Shown in pieces: positions 12,237 to 25,483 of a stretch of DNA of 64,000 bases. The translations under genes and the position numbers were made by a program. The DNA lies in assembly GCA_028534125.1 (NCBI GenBank), contig CM052829.1:8310001-8374000 (forward strand), read 5' to 3'. Positions within the stretch are counted from its first letter, which is position 1. Each line of letters opens with the position of its first letter. A model generated the notes under the pieces. The model saw only the letters and a program-made list of their open reading frames with translations, had not been told where the DNA came from and did not search any database. This DNA comes from Lama glama (Eukaryota).

Positions 12237-12465
12237 AATAGGCAGCCTCTAACATAGCCTCCAATGATCCCCTTCTCCTTGTATTCATTACCCATATAAT
12301 CCCCTCCCATTTAATGTGGGCTGGATTTATTGAGTTGCTTTTACTGAATAGAATAGGGCCAAAGGGATGGATGACACCACCAAGTTTGTGTTATAAAAAG
12401 TCTATGGTTTCCATTTTGGATACTCTATGGCTCTCTCTTTTGGATCCCAGATGCTATGTCATAAG
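12237..12465 (+). mobile_element. MLT1 (F/G-like) LTR 5' fragment
   Basis: taggcagcctctaacatagcctccaatgatcccc...tataatcccctcccatttaatgtgggctgga. Confidence 0.7.
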
Positions 12466-15029
12466 AATATTCATTTCTGTTGTTCCCTCTTGTGGTTTAT
12501 AATTTTTGTTTGTGAGCTCATTTCTTTTAAGATTTTTTCTCAGGATATCACTTGCACTTTCAACTAAGAAAGTATCCTTGGAGAGTAATCTGTATTTCTT
12601 TTTCTAGGCAACTAGAGATTTAACCCAGTCTGAGACTAATTTTCACACTAAAAATTTAGTCTGGAAATTCCTACACCAGTGGAGGTACTGTAAATTTCAA
12701 CTCCATGACCCTGTACAGTGCAGCTTTGGAACTTCAATAGTTCATGGGAGATGTTTTTACTCCCAGGACCCTGGGCAGAGTACACTTGATTGTTGCCTAC
12801 TTGAGAAAGCAGGGAGAGACTTTTAGGGCTTTTATTAATGTACAGTCAGCTTATGTGGGGTCTTAGTTTGTTTAAAAGTTTTAATTCCAGCTCCTTGCCT
12901 CTTGTGGGCTCAAGACTGTATCTCCTGCCCCTGTTTGAGGGTTAAAATCTCACCCTAGTCTTCCAGGCTTGTATCCAGATCAATTCCTGCCTTCACTGTG
13001 TAGTAAGATCTCAAGTTAAAAGTTTCCTACTCACTTTGACACCTGGAGCTTGTGTGCTCAGCTATGTATTTTAAATGCTTTGTATTATATTTGCCTTAAT
13101 GTTTCTATGTGTTTGTGGAAATGTGGTAAAGTGGGAGTGGGGTCTGCATCAGCTCATTTTGCCATGTTTCTGGAAACTGAGTTTTAGATCTTTTATCCTT
13201 TTAGAATTTACAAGTAAACATTTAAAGCAGGAGAGGGCCATGATCAAATTTATTTTACAATGATAACTCTGGTAGAGCTAAGAATGAATTTTAGAAGAAA
13301 GTGATTTATAATGGAGGATCAGTTAGAATGCTACTGCAAGAGTCAAGATTTAATGATGATGAGGTAGTAAAGGGTCTCCCTTCCTCCTACCGCACTCAAG
13401 GAAGAGTCCTTGTCTTTTAATTGAGAAGGGAAGACTGTTGACTTGCACAGTCAAGGAAGGCTTCAAGGAGGAGGTGACAACTGCTCCCATCTTTGAAGTA
13501 TGGAGAGGAGTTATTTAGATGGTGAGAAAAGGAAAGAGTCTTCCTCTAGAACAGACAGAGGATGAGGCCAAGAAAGGAAAGCAGGGTAAATACACAAGGC
13601 TTAGGGAGGTGCTCCAGAGGAGGACCACGTGGTCAGGGTGAAGAGGGCAGCAGGGAGCAGGGGCACGTAGTTGGAGCCACCATAAGGGATACTGATTGGG
13701 GAGGCTGCTTTAATTCCCTATTGATACTCACTGTTGGTGATGATTAACAGCATTTTAGCAAACACTGTACCGGGCTTTGCCAGTGCAGAAGCCAAAAAGG
13801 ATGTTTTGTTCATATTGACATATGAAGGCAATTGGGTCCAAAAATGTAGTCGTCCCAATTTTCAGATCATCCAAAATGTCCAGTTGCCATGACAATCTGA
13901 GTTTAAATTTCAGAAAGAAAATAAATGTTTGGCAACTGATTCAAATTATCCATTTCTGACTACTTCAAAACAAACAAAGTCTTGGTTTGGTTGCTACCAG
14001 CTGCCATTTTTCACTTGATTTTAAGATGATGTAGTAGACATGGATGTTTGGTTTGCTCTGTACTTTAAAAAATGAGATTGGTGGGTGTTTAGCCAGAAAC
14101 TTTAGGATATTTTCTTATTTTTCCCACTAAAAGTCGCAGAGCCAAAATTATACCCATGGAATAATGTTTCACAAATGTGCTTCTCTCTACAATTATCAAA
14201 TATTTTGGAGAGTTTGAGTAACTGCTACATCTGTTGAAGACAAGTGACTCAGTAACCTAGGGCATATGCAGAGATGGAGAAATGGAAATAAGGAGAAAGA
14301 AAAGGCCTAGATGATAGATTTACCACACGGAGCCGAAAATGAAGCCAACAGAAAGAGATGTGTTTTGTTTTTTCTTTTCAAAATGATGAATAGAGTTATG
14401 CAGTAGCTCAATTTTAGGCCAACACTATTTTGACTGTTTATCTGTCCTAATAGGCTAATGAAAGAGATAAACATGCTTTTATTCATTTGTGTTTGGAGTT
14501 CTGATAAAATGTTCAAACCACAGATTTCAGCTCACAGCCTAGCAGTGGGATGGGCGTCTGAAACCGTGGCAGACACTTAATTGTCTCACCCCAACCCCAG
14601 GCCCAGGGCCAGGAAGAACTTATGCACGTGCTAAGCTATCACAGAGCTCTCCTTACACATCTGGGGACAGCAGTGCCCGCTGCGGTGCCTGATGGCGGGC
14701 AGACCCTCTGTGAAGCTTTGCTGAATGACTGAATGTATAAAAAGTTAGGCTGGGGTCCCAGGCACGTATATTTAGATAATAGGGTGTACATCAGGGGCTG
14801 TAAATTGAGTCAGCAAATTTTTATCCAGAAAAACACTTTGAGGCAAGTGGAGTGAATCTAAGCTTTAGTTTACCTCCTCAGATAGAAAACCAGATTTATT
14901 TAAAATTTTGTAGTTGCCAACTTTTATTGGTGTCATGTGTTCGTCGTCATTTGCGGTGGGATAAAGCACACCTGAATCCATCATAAAACGTGAGAAAATT
15001 GTACTAAGAGTCCTGCACGCCCGGCAGGT

Positions 15030-15400
15030 TGGAGGAGGTGCTATCGGTCTCCACGCTGTGGGAACCCACATGAAGACAGGTGAGAGGCGCAAGGCTCAGA
15101 ACAGCAGGCTATGCGTTGTGTTTCAGAAAGTCAACTCTGAAGGTGCAGTGAAGATGGTTAGAGATGGTAGAGAAGGAAACAGGGGAGACAAGAGCAACCG
15201 GAAGGTCAGGTGATAATGCAGGTAAGAGAAACCTGGTCTAGACGGCAGCCACAGGGACAGAGAGGAGGAATATTTGAGACGACAGAACTTAGTGACTGAC
15301 TGGATATGGGGGGAGGGATGGAAGGAGGGTCACGGATGAAGTCGGATGCCTGGTGGGAGTGATTGGGGGGGTTACCCAATACAGAAGAGGCAGGAAGTGA
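15030..15400 (-). mobile_element. LINE-2 fragment (further L2 pieces at ~13185-13620)
   Basis: tttcagaaagtcaactctg...gacagaacttagtgactgactggatatgggggg is typical antisense L2. Confidence 0.6.
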
Positions 15401-15771
15401 AAAGCATCGCAGCGCACAGAGCTCCTGGCTTACTGAGTACAGTCACAAGGCTATGCTAATATGACTCATGGTCTCTAAATCTCACTGAGGACTTGCTGCT
15501 GAACTTGCAGTCTGTTCATAGGGGAAAAATGTGGGTTTTTTTGTTATTTTTTGAATATAACTGTGCCAAATATTTGTCTTTTTTTTTAAGGCTGTGCAGC
15601 ACATAGTTCCCCTGTTTCTGTCCTGTTTCTGGGGCACCACCTCCCATGGGTAGTTTTGATGAGGCATAGAGCACTGCTTCTCACTGTAAAAGTGAACCCG
15701 AGTGCCCGCCTCCCACTACGTTCTGGATGCCAGGACTCGGGCACAGATGCTGGGTTCAACCAATTGGCTGC

Positions 15772-16070
15772 CATGATGGTTAACTGTACATGTCAACTTA
15801 GCAAGACCACAGTGCCCAGGTATTTGGTCAAACACTAGTCTAGATGTTGCTGTGAAAGTATGTTTAGATGAGATTAACATTTAAATCAGTAGATTTTGAG
15901 TAAAGCAGATCATCCTCCATAATGTTGGTGGGCCTCATACAATCAGTTGACAGCCTTAATAGAAGAGAGGCTTATGTCCCCCTGAAGCAGAGGGAATTCT
16001 GTCAGCTGCAAGGTCAGTTCTTCTCTGGGTCTCCAGCCTGCCCTCCTGCCCTGCAAACTGAAGATAGCGA
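15772..16070 (+). mobile_element. MLT2 (ERVL) LTR, partial
   Basis: atgatggttaactgtacatgtcaactt...tagatgagattaacatttaaatcagtagattttgagtaaagcagat. Confidence 0.88.
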
Positions 16071-16349
16071 GTCAGTTTCTGTTGCTTGCAATTATGAGCC
16101 TTGCCTTATACAATAATGCATGTTCATTGCTGACAAACTACAAACACTAGAAAAGGAAAAAAGAAATGGAAGAAATTCACATATACCCTGATACAAGCAA
16201 TTTAAACATTTTCTCACTTTCCTTCCAGATTCTTCTACACATCTTAACACAACTGCATTCTATGTGCATGGCGTTTTACCGTTTGTTCGTTCAGCATTCT
16301 GTTATAGAACATTCTGATGTGTCATTTACTATTATTAATCTTACTGATA

Positions 16350-16390
16350 CTCTTGGTGCACAGTCCTCTTGGTGCACAGTCCTCTTGGTG
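16350..16390. repeat. Perfect 16-bp tandem repeat (ctcttggtgcacagtc) x2.6
   Basis: Units at 16350-16365 and 16366-16381, partial unit 16382-16390. Confidence 0.95.
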
Positions 16391-18074
16391 TATGCTTTCT
16401 GTTCCTTATGTGCCCTTCTTATTTTCTTTGTTTCCATCCCTTGTCACCTGGGACCTAGGCTGTATTTTACTTGCTTTCATCTGCTAAAGTGATCAGGAAA
16501 TAGACATCCTGTTCAAGTATATTTGAGGTTATAGGTTTAAGAGTCACATACTTAAAGTCAATTTCTCTATTTATTAAACTTAAGAACATCTTCCCTATGT
16601 GCAGATCTTTCCCCAAACTCTCCCCCTAGTTTTTGTAACATACGCTACGTATTTGCTCCTAAAAATATTTTTTAAAGAATTTTTTTTTGCTTAGTCAATT
16701 TTGCAACCATATCCCCCAAATTATGTATATATTCAATTGGTTTCAAAATTTATTGCATGGCATTCCTATTCTTTGAATGATGTTCTCAGGAAGGTATAAA
16801 ATGGTATGTTTTTTGAGCCCTCGCCTCTTTGAGACCACCTTTGTTACTTTCACACATGAATGACAAGCTGGCTTGCTCGGAGATGTGTTCTCAAGCTATT
16901 AATAGGAGCTCCTAATGGAGGTGAGTCAGAGCCTCCCTCCCTTTTTTCCAGCCATCTGTTACTGTGCTGGTTCAGAGGACAGGGAGGTACGATTCAAAGG
17001 GGTAATTTTCAACCCAACCTCATCCACTTCGAAGTTAGTGGAAATTCCCCTACATTCTGGCCCATGATTTTCTCCCTTCTCTTATGCCCAAAGGTGTTGC
17101 CAGTTTACATATTTTTGGGGTACATTTACGAATATTCTCGTGGGACATTCATAGAGGGTCTCACAAGTAAGCATTGGGATCTGCCACCATATTGCCCCCA
17201 AATGCTGGCACTGTGTTAATCAGCCCTTCTTAATTTCTTAGATTTTCTTCATCTGTATCAGTCAAGCTTCTTTGGTTGCAGCTAACTGAAACTAACCTGA
17301 CTTAGCATAAACAAAACAAGGAACTATCATAGAATACAGGAAAGTTTCATGGAACCCCAGAGTAAAAAGGTAACTGGGTTTAACAGGGCCGTGGACAGTT
17401 CTTAGGGCTCTCCATTTCTTATTTCCATTTCTCTATGTAGTGATTCATAAAGATAAGCAGAAGTCGCTGACGTCTACTGATTACTTAGTCTGTGCCACAA
17501 GAGCCCGTGGAGAAAGGTTTTTTTTTTTTATCATCCATTACACCTGTGAGGAAACCAAGGCACAGAAATTAAGTTGTCTTATTGTCACCCTGTTTGGAGG
17601 TTGCAGGCACAAAACTTGGACCTCAGTGGCCTGAATCCAGAGCTGATGCCCCTAACCTGTACCATACTCAGTGGGTCCAGATTAGGACGATGTCTTAGAG
17701 GTCACCTCCTCTACAGCATCGGGCGTCCATCTGAACATCTTCAGTGGTGGCTGCAGTGGAAAAGATGAGCCCATTTGGGGCAAAACTAACTAAGCAAATC
17801 ATTCCCTATATTGGGTTCAAATCTGCCTCTGGCTGTTTTCCCACTAGTTGGGTTTCTGTTCCCCGTGGCCACCCTGAGCCTTTCTAAACCCTAGTCAGCA
17901 TGACTGCCTTTGAGGTATTTAAGGACCGAGTGTTGTGGCTGCTTTGGACTAGGCATCCTCAGTTCTCTCAACCGTCCTCCCAGTTTTTAAGTATCCCCAT
18001 CATCCTGCTTCCTATCTTTACAATGTGCTTCAGATTGTGTCTTTGATGTGACAGTCATTTCTTTATGGTAGCGC

Positions 18075-19585
18075 ACAAAATCTCAGCTTTATCAGACTCA
18101 ATACCCACCTCCTCACCACAAATATTTTGTAATATCTCCCCTACTATCAAGAAATAAAGTTCATATATATATAAAATATACATAATATACACACATACAC
18201 ACATAGACGAATATATATGCAACTACCTACACACGTAATTAAAACAAATGTAATGTCCTAATTATAAAATTAAGGAGGAATATAGGGAAAGTAATTCATG
18301 AAAAAGTGATATGTAAATTCTCAGCCACAGCTACTTTACAAGACACAATGAAATGTGTATTTACACCTGCTTATAATAAATGCTTGCATTCATAAGAAGT
18401 GAAAAATTAGAAGACCGTCTGCAGAAGCAGAGAAAATGAAAAAGGAAAGGTACAAGAATGAACTAGACAAATAAGGGCCAAAATTATTTATATCTGATGA
18501 AAGAAAGAGGAAACAACCTTGCTTAAAGTCACATGTGCCATAACAAATTATACACAGTGAAAACAAGAAAGTATATTAGAACTGTGGATTCACCTCTAAA
18601 TGTACTATCAAAATAATCTCCTGCCTTTTGACATGGGACAGTGAATAGCCAAAAATATATCTCCTATTCTGAACTCCTTAAATTCACTCTGTAGTAACTG
18701 AGCCTTGGAGAACTCGGGCTTCAACAGAGGACAGTGGAGAGGGCTGGAAACACAGGCGTAGAACCGGGCTCGGGGTGGGAGATGGTAGGGGTGGAGGGGG
18801 ATTGGGGAGGAGGCTCCAAGCTAGACCTCCGGGGACAGTGGGAGAGGAAGACTGAAAATAATGAGCAGCTAAGGACTAGATAATCTCCATATGTGATTTC
18901 ACAGTGTATTTCTTGTCATTGAGTGACAAAATCAATATACATATGTTAATAATTATGTGAAATATTTTAAAATAATCCTTTTGAAGAAATTAAACAAGAT
19001 CTGATATTCATGTCTCTCCACGAATTTAATAATTTTGGGGGTTATAAGGCAGTTAAAAGGAGAGTCAAACAGCTCAGTGACATAGTTGCCCCGGGAAATC
19101 GCAAGAGCAGAGGGAGGAAGATGTGTGTCTTGGCTCCTCCAATACCGCTGGCAGGCAGCTTGCTACAGGTGACCTCATTTTTCCCAAATAGCAGTTTCTT
19201 GGTAAAGTTTCAAACAAAACAAAGAACAGTCTTCTCTCAACTTACATGGTAGTTACATTCCTGGAAAATTCAGAGAGTGTGGAAACTGCGGGAAAAGAAT
19301 GCTTTGCATATACGTGTGAAATGGAATTCCAGGCTCAGATATTTATAGAGCTTTTTTCACCTCATGAACATATGGTAGGACACTTGAGATTCATGTAGAC
19401 ATGGTGAAATTCTTTATCTCCGGGTGCTGCCCACATACGGCACAAAGTCTAGCATCTGCAGCCCTTGCCTATTAAATTCTAGGGGTGCACCCCTCCCTCC
19501 CCCAATGAGAGTGACAATAGAAAAATGTTCCCACAAAATTTCAAACAGCCCTCAAGGGTGATGCTGCCTCAAGGACACTCATTGT
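18075..19585. mobile_element. MER20B-like hAT-Charlie element in two pieces (~18075-18380 and ~19140-19585) separated by ~750 bp of other sequence
   Basis: acaaatattttgtaatatctcccctactatc...; ttggtaaagtttcaaacaaaacaaag...acatggtagttacattcctggaaaattcag; MER20-like end gtgacaatagaaaaatgttcccacaaaatttcaaa. Confidence 0.6.
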
Positions 19586-19757
19586 GTAGGGTAATCAGTT
19601 TAATTCCCTTCTGTAGGACACAGGTAAGCACCAGTGTGAACAAATCCTTCCACACACACACATGCAGTTTTGGGGTGGAGGACAAACTAGTTCCCAATGT
19701 GTGTCCTGAGCAACCATTTCATTCTTTATTTTTCATTCACCATTTTCCTAGCTTTAA

Positions 19758-19946
19758 TTTATTCTTTATTTTTAAAATTTTGCTGAGGTGTGGGAGGTAA
19801 TTAGGTTTACTTATTTTTTTAACTGACCTACTGGAGATTGAACCCAGGATCTCGTGCATGCTAGGCATGTGCTCTACCGCTGAGCTATACCCTACTCCCA
19901 CCTTTTAAATTTATTTTTTATTTTTAAAAATTTTGTTGCAGCAGGA
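19758..19946 (-). mobile_element. Camelid tRNA-derived SINE plus an extra SINE-tail-like segment inside one TSD pair
   Basis: gagattgaacccaggatctcgtgcatgctaggcatgtgctctaccgctgagctataccc; 19-bp TSD accattttcctagctttaa at 19739-19757 and 19947-19965. Confidence 0.9.
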
Positions 19947-20059
19947 ACCATTTTCCTAGCTTTAAAAAAAGTGTGGCAAAATGCATACACCATAGTTCAG
20001 TGGTATTAAGGACACTCACATTGTTGTGCAACCATCCCCACTGTTCATCTCTAGCTTCT

Positions 20060-21350
20060 TTATATTTGAAATTTATTTAAATTTAGAAGAAAACTGTAAA
20101 AAAAAAAATAGGACAAAGAACTTTTTCTCCTGCGCCATTTAAGAGTAAGTTGCTGCTATAATATCCTACCACCCCTGAATACTTTGGTGTGAAATTCCTA
20201 AGAACAAGGACAATCTCCTAAATAATCGCAGGACAGCCATCAAAATCAGGAAATTGACATTGATAATGTACCATCGTCTGGTCCTTGGATCCCATACAAG
20301 TTTCACCAATGGTTCCAATAATGTCCTTTATAGAAAAGGATCCAGTCTGGGATGAGACACTGTGTTTAATCGTGGCAGGGAGAGTACGAGATGGACCTGG
20401 AACGTCTTGTGCCAGAAAGCAGGGACAGCCTACTTTCTCATCTGTCTTTAGTCTTGGTCAGTCAGTTTCTCAGTTCATCCTTAACTTTCAGGACCTTGAC
20501 ATTTTCACAGATTATAAGCCAGTTATTTTCTAAACGTCCCTCAATTTGTTTGTCTGGCATTTCCTCACAATTAGATTCAGGCTATGCTTTTTGGCAGGAA
20601 TATCACAGAAGTCATGGTGAATTTTTCTCATTGTAGCCTCCCACATGGTGCACGATTTCAATCTGTTTCATTACAGATGGCATTAATTTTGACCATTTGA
20701 CTAAAATGTTGTCTTCCAGGTTTCTCCACAGTAGGGCTATTCTTTTGTCTTTTGTAATCAATAAGACTTTTGTGAGGAGATATTCTGAGACTACAACAAT
20801 ATTCCATTCCTTGTCAAATTTTTACCCACTGGTTTTAGTATCCATTATAGTTTACTGGCTGCATTAATAATCACTCTGTTGTCAAATAATCATTTTCTAA
20901 TTCCTTCATTCCTTGCACATTTATTAGTTTGCAGTTTACTGTAAGGAAATGCTTTTTTTCCTCCCATTTATTAGGTCGTTTTGTTTTGTCAGTATAGACT
21001 CATGGATTCCTATTTGTTCAAGGGGCTATCATCTCTTACCATAATTACTTATTCTGATGCCAGATTGTTTATTTCATCCTGGCTTTGTCCAGTGCGAGGC
21101 CCACTGAGCTGGTTCCTCTGTCCTTTTAAAATATCCCTGTCATTCACTGAGCCCTTCCTGACTCTGCAGCACAAGATGGTCTAGGACTAGCCTGTACTTT
21201 CCCCCCCTAATCCTGGAATCAGCCATTTCTCCAAGAAGGCCTGATTCCTTTTAATAGAGACTGGTGTTTAGAAACCAGGATATAGATTCTAGGGGTGCAC
21301 ATTGTTACTGGGGTGTCACTGTGTTCAGACAGAGCTAGGGCTCTATTTCT
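20060..21350 (-). mobile_element. Old L1 3' region (L1MC4/5-like)
   Basis: ccatttaagagtaagttgc...aagaacaaggacaatctccta...caaaatcaggaaattgacattgata and cctggaatcagccatttctccaagaaggcctgattcctttta. Confidence 0.8.
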
Positions 21351-21436
21351 AGCCTATATTTCTTTATCTATAATCTATTAGACTTTGCTAAATTAAGGGT
21401 TTTGATTTTAATATAGCAGGTTTTGGAAAGCACTGT

Positions 21437-21881
21437 TGTGTTAGAGACCAGTGGTTCCCCCTACCTGTTGCTCCTCCTTAGTAACAGAACTCCCGAGGGA
21501 AACCCAGAGTAAGGACCAAGTCTCCCAGCACCCCTGGCAGCTCCCTGGGGGCATGTGACTCAGTCCTGGCCAATGAGGAATAATCCACCCAGGGCATGCA
21601 CAACTTCAGGAACTATCTCCAAAGGGAGAGCGCATCCCTTTCTCCCTGCCTTCCTCCTTCCCACTGCCGGCAATGTGGAATATGGGCGAACTTGAGCACC
21701 AGCTGGGACCTGGATGCTGAGGATGGTGAAGCAACAAGAGGAAGGAGCCTGGGTCCCTGCCGACTGTGGAGCTTCCCCGGGGACCTCTGACTTAATTGAC
21801 CTGAGGGCCAAATAAAGTCTCTCTCATTCAAGCCTTTGTTATTTGGGGTTTTCTGTTACTGAGACCTAATCCTAACTGATA
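21437..21881 (+). mobile_element. MLT1 (H/I/J-like) LTR
   Basis: ccttagtaacagaac...catgtgactcagtcctggccaatgag...aataaag...aagcctttgttatttggggttttctgttact...aatcctaactgata. Confidence 0.75.
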
Positions 21882-22024
21882 AAAGCAGTGTAACTGGCTT
21901 TAAGTTAAAATAACAACTAACATTATTTGAGTACTTAGTCTGTTCTAGGCAGGGTTTTAAGAGTTTTAGGTGTATTAACTCATTGAATACAAGCCTATGA
22001 AGAAGTATTATTATTATCCTCACT

Positions 22025-22172
22025 ATTTTTTTAAATTATTTTATTTAAAATTTTTTTTGGTGGGGGGAGATTTATTTAATTAGGTTTATTTAATTTTGAA
22101 GGAGGTAATGGGGGTTGAACCCAGGACCTTGTGTATGCTAAGCTCTACCATTTGAGCTATACCCTCCCCCCA
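22025..22172 (-). mobile_element. Camelid tRNA-derived SINE nested in a MIR (~21915-22270)
   Basis: gggggttgaacccaggaccttgtgtatgctaagctctaccatttgagctataccctcccc; TSD atcctcact on both sides. Confidence 0.88.
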
Positions 22173-22373
22173 ATCCTCACTTTATGGATGAGGGAACACA
22201 GTGATGCTAAGTCACTTGTTCAAGGTCACACAGCTGGTAAAGGGCAGTCGGAACTTGAACCTAGGCAGACTCGCAAGCATGTGCAGTCTTATCTTCTACA
22301 ACAGAGGTGGGCTGAACTGCAGCCAGTGGTCAAATCCAGCCTTATGCCTCTCATTGTAAATATATGTATTGGG

Positions 22374-22432
22374 ACACAGACACACAGACAGACAGATAGA
22401 CAGACAGACAGACAGACAGACACACACACACA
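22374..22432. repeat. Compound (GACA)n/(CA)n microsatellite
   Basis: Visible directly. Confidence 0.95.
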
Positions 22433-25049
22433 CTCTTTGTGCTTCTCTTGATAAATGTATCTATACCTCAAACCAGTAAGGCTGATGTTTTCTACCTGTA
22501 AGAGGTAGTTCAGGAAGTTCCTGAGCTGGGGGTTCAGGAAGTTTCCTCAAAGAAAAAAAAATCTGTAAACTTCCAAATCTCACCCAGTGCAGTTTCCCTC
22601 TTTCAAGGGTAAACTCCACTCCAGTCTCTACACGCTTTTAGTCACTCTCCACTGATTTCAAATATGAGTCTCACCAAGCTACTTTATCATTAAAAGGACC
22701 TAATCTCCACAGTCAACATTTTCCAGAGAATTTTGTAGGAAATGAAAGCCCTCTATTAAAACCAATTAGCAGACACTCCCTACTTGGGGGAGATGCATAA
22801 GCTTAGGCTGAGACCTCGTCTTCTGGGCCTGAATGCGACAAGCAGATACCCTAGCAGGGAAGAGACCACGTGGTCGTACAGAAGCGAATCTCAACTGGGC
22901 AGCTGAGGAGTCTCTGGCTCCTGACAGCAGACCCCCTCTATACCCTGGATGGTTTCTTGATTGGTAGTCTGTATACTGAACCATGTGAAATGGCCACTGT
23001 TGGCTGTTTTTATGACCTTGAAAAACATGCGTGTTGAAGTTCAACCAAATGGTCTCTTACAGAATGTGGGTTTCAATCCTTCTTGAATCCCGTTCAGCGT
23101 TGCCAAAGAGGACAGAATTCTAGCCCTGGAAGGCCACACTCAGAGAGAAATGGGCCTCCAGTTGGGTGTTCATGATCCTATTCCTGAGAGGACGAAGCCC
23201 ACCCAGCTGGGAGGCCAAGTTCACCAGCCACCCGCAGAGTCACCAGCTGGACGCTTGTAAAGAAAATCCTCCTTTGGAGAGCTCCTACAAAAATACTATT
23301 TAGCTTTATCAGGAGCTTTATATGTGAGTGCACTCTATAATCACTCATTTGTTAATTGCCACAACATCCTGTTGAGGTTGGTAAATATTTCTGCTATCCA
23401 TGTTTTGCAATGAAGTAAACAGGGACAGAGGAGGAGGCTGACTCACGGGCAGCCCAGCCGGTCGGGAGAGGCCGGTAGGAGAGCCCAGGTGGGGCCTCGC
23501 GTCCGGTGCTGCAGGTCAGCAGCCAGGCTTGCCCAGAGCCGGCCCTAGCAGCGCGAAAGCCCAAATTAAAATCAGGGAAGAAGAAGAAAGAAGATGCTCT
23601 AAAACCTGTGAAAACTCCACATTCCAAACAGCCCCAGTGTTGTTAAATAAAATAGATCAGAACAAAAAGAGGTAGAAAGAGAATTGTTGAAGGCAGATTT
23701 TGTTTCTCCCTAGAGGAGGGAGGAACTAGCCCCACCCTTTGTTTCTCTCCAAGCAGCAGGGAATTTTCTTGTCAGTAGCTGGAAAAGGAAAATAATAAGA
23801 GAAGCAAAATTGTCCCACCGGCAATAACCATGGGCATTGGTCGGGTATGTCCTGTAACAGGCAGTTTACATATTTGAAGTTTAACCTGAGCTGTTAAGCG
23901 GAGGAGGTGAGATTCAAGTCCAGGCCTTGCCCGACTTGAGCGTATGGACCATTTTCTGCAGAGACCTTTCCATCCACATACAAAGAAAAAAATCAGCACA
24001 CCCAAGTCTAATTAAATTATTTGTCTTTTCTAATACTATTTAATTTAACCTTTTGTCTGTTTTGTCTCATTCATGAATTCTAAAGTAATCTCAGGGCAAG
24101 GGCCGTGCACAGCCACCCAGAGAGTCCTGCCAGGGCTCCTAGCTCTGCAATAATGTTCCCCCAAAACATCATCCTGGAGGTCTCCCAATAAAACCATCAA
24201 GCAGGTGTCATTATCTTCCTTTGGGAGACAAGAAGCTGATTTGCAGAAAAATTAAGAGATTTGCCTAAGGTCACAAGAGCCAGAGATGGGGCCAGAACGC
24301 ATCTTTCCACTCTTGTTATGTGCTTGTCAAAAAGTTGAGGAAAGTACAGTAATCTTCCCCAATCCGCAGTGTGAGTAGTCCACATTGTTTCTTCACGTGT
24401 TTTCTACCGATGACCGGCAGCTGGAGATGAGACTCCCTGCTAATTCACTTTCAGGGGCTCCCTTGTTCTAGCAACTCCTGGTATGACATGGGAGCCCTCC
24501 AGCGCTCTCCTCTGACCCACCCAGCCAGCCTCATTCCCTCCCTTCCCCACCCCTCTGATTCAGGCCAGACGGGTGGTTTGCATACTCTAAGACCTGCCCA
24601 CACAGCGCACCTCCATGCTTTCATTCCCTGGTTCTTCCTAGGTGCCTGTACAGTGCACTGGACCAGGTTTGAAGCCAAATTGCTTTTGCAACAGTTAGAC
24701 TTGGGTTCTAACTCTCTTTACTACCGCCCAACTGCGTGACTTTGGAAAAGACATATCTGGAGAATACATTTTCTAATAGAGTATAGACAATGGAGGATTG
24801 GAGGCCATGAATTCAAACCACCCAGCATAGCATCTGGTGCAGAGCAGGTGATCAATAACAAGTTTTATTATTATGTCCCCATCCTTATTTCTATTTCATT
24901 TCTAACCATTATTTAAGATCCCCTACTCCTTCAGCCAGCTCAAGGTAATTTCCCCTTTATCCAGATTTAGAATGAATTTTACTCCTAGGGCACCCAGTTC
25001 TTGCTTCCTTGTATTCTTTTCATAAATACAGGAAATATTCACTAGCGAG

Positions 25050-25483
25050 TACTGTGGGTCAAATTGTGTTCCCACCAAAGGATATGTTCAAGTCTAACCC
25101 TTGGTACTCGTAAACAAGAACTTATTTGGAAATAGGGTCTTTGAAAGATGTAATTGAGTTAAGATGAGGTCATTCTGGAATAGATCCTAAGTGGGTCCAG
25201 TGACTGGAGTCCTTATAAGAAGAGGAAATTTGGACACAAACCCACAGATAGGTAGGTAGAACACCACGTGATGACAGAGGAAGAGATGGGAGGGCCATAT
25301 TTTCAAGCCAAGGAATGCCGAGGACTGCTGACAACCGCCAGAAGCTGGGGTGAGAGAACATGGCCCTAATGACATGCTGACTCTGGACTTCTGACCCCCA
25401 GAACTGTGCGGGAGTAAATGTCTGTTGTTTTAAGCCACCGGAGTTTGTGGCGGTATGTTACGACAGTGCAAGGAAACTAACAC
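25050..25483 (+). mobile_element. Near-complete MLT1 (B/C-like) LTR
   Basis: ttatttggaaatagggtctttg...ttaagatgaggtcat...gtccttataagaagaggaaa...ctgttgttttaagccacc...ggaaactaacaca. Confidence 0.9.

Noticed and set aside
14914..15079. Possible + strand coding exon (tttgtag...CAG|GTGAGA)
   Set aside because: Stops in all three frames, and the 3' part is L2-derived
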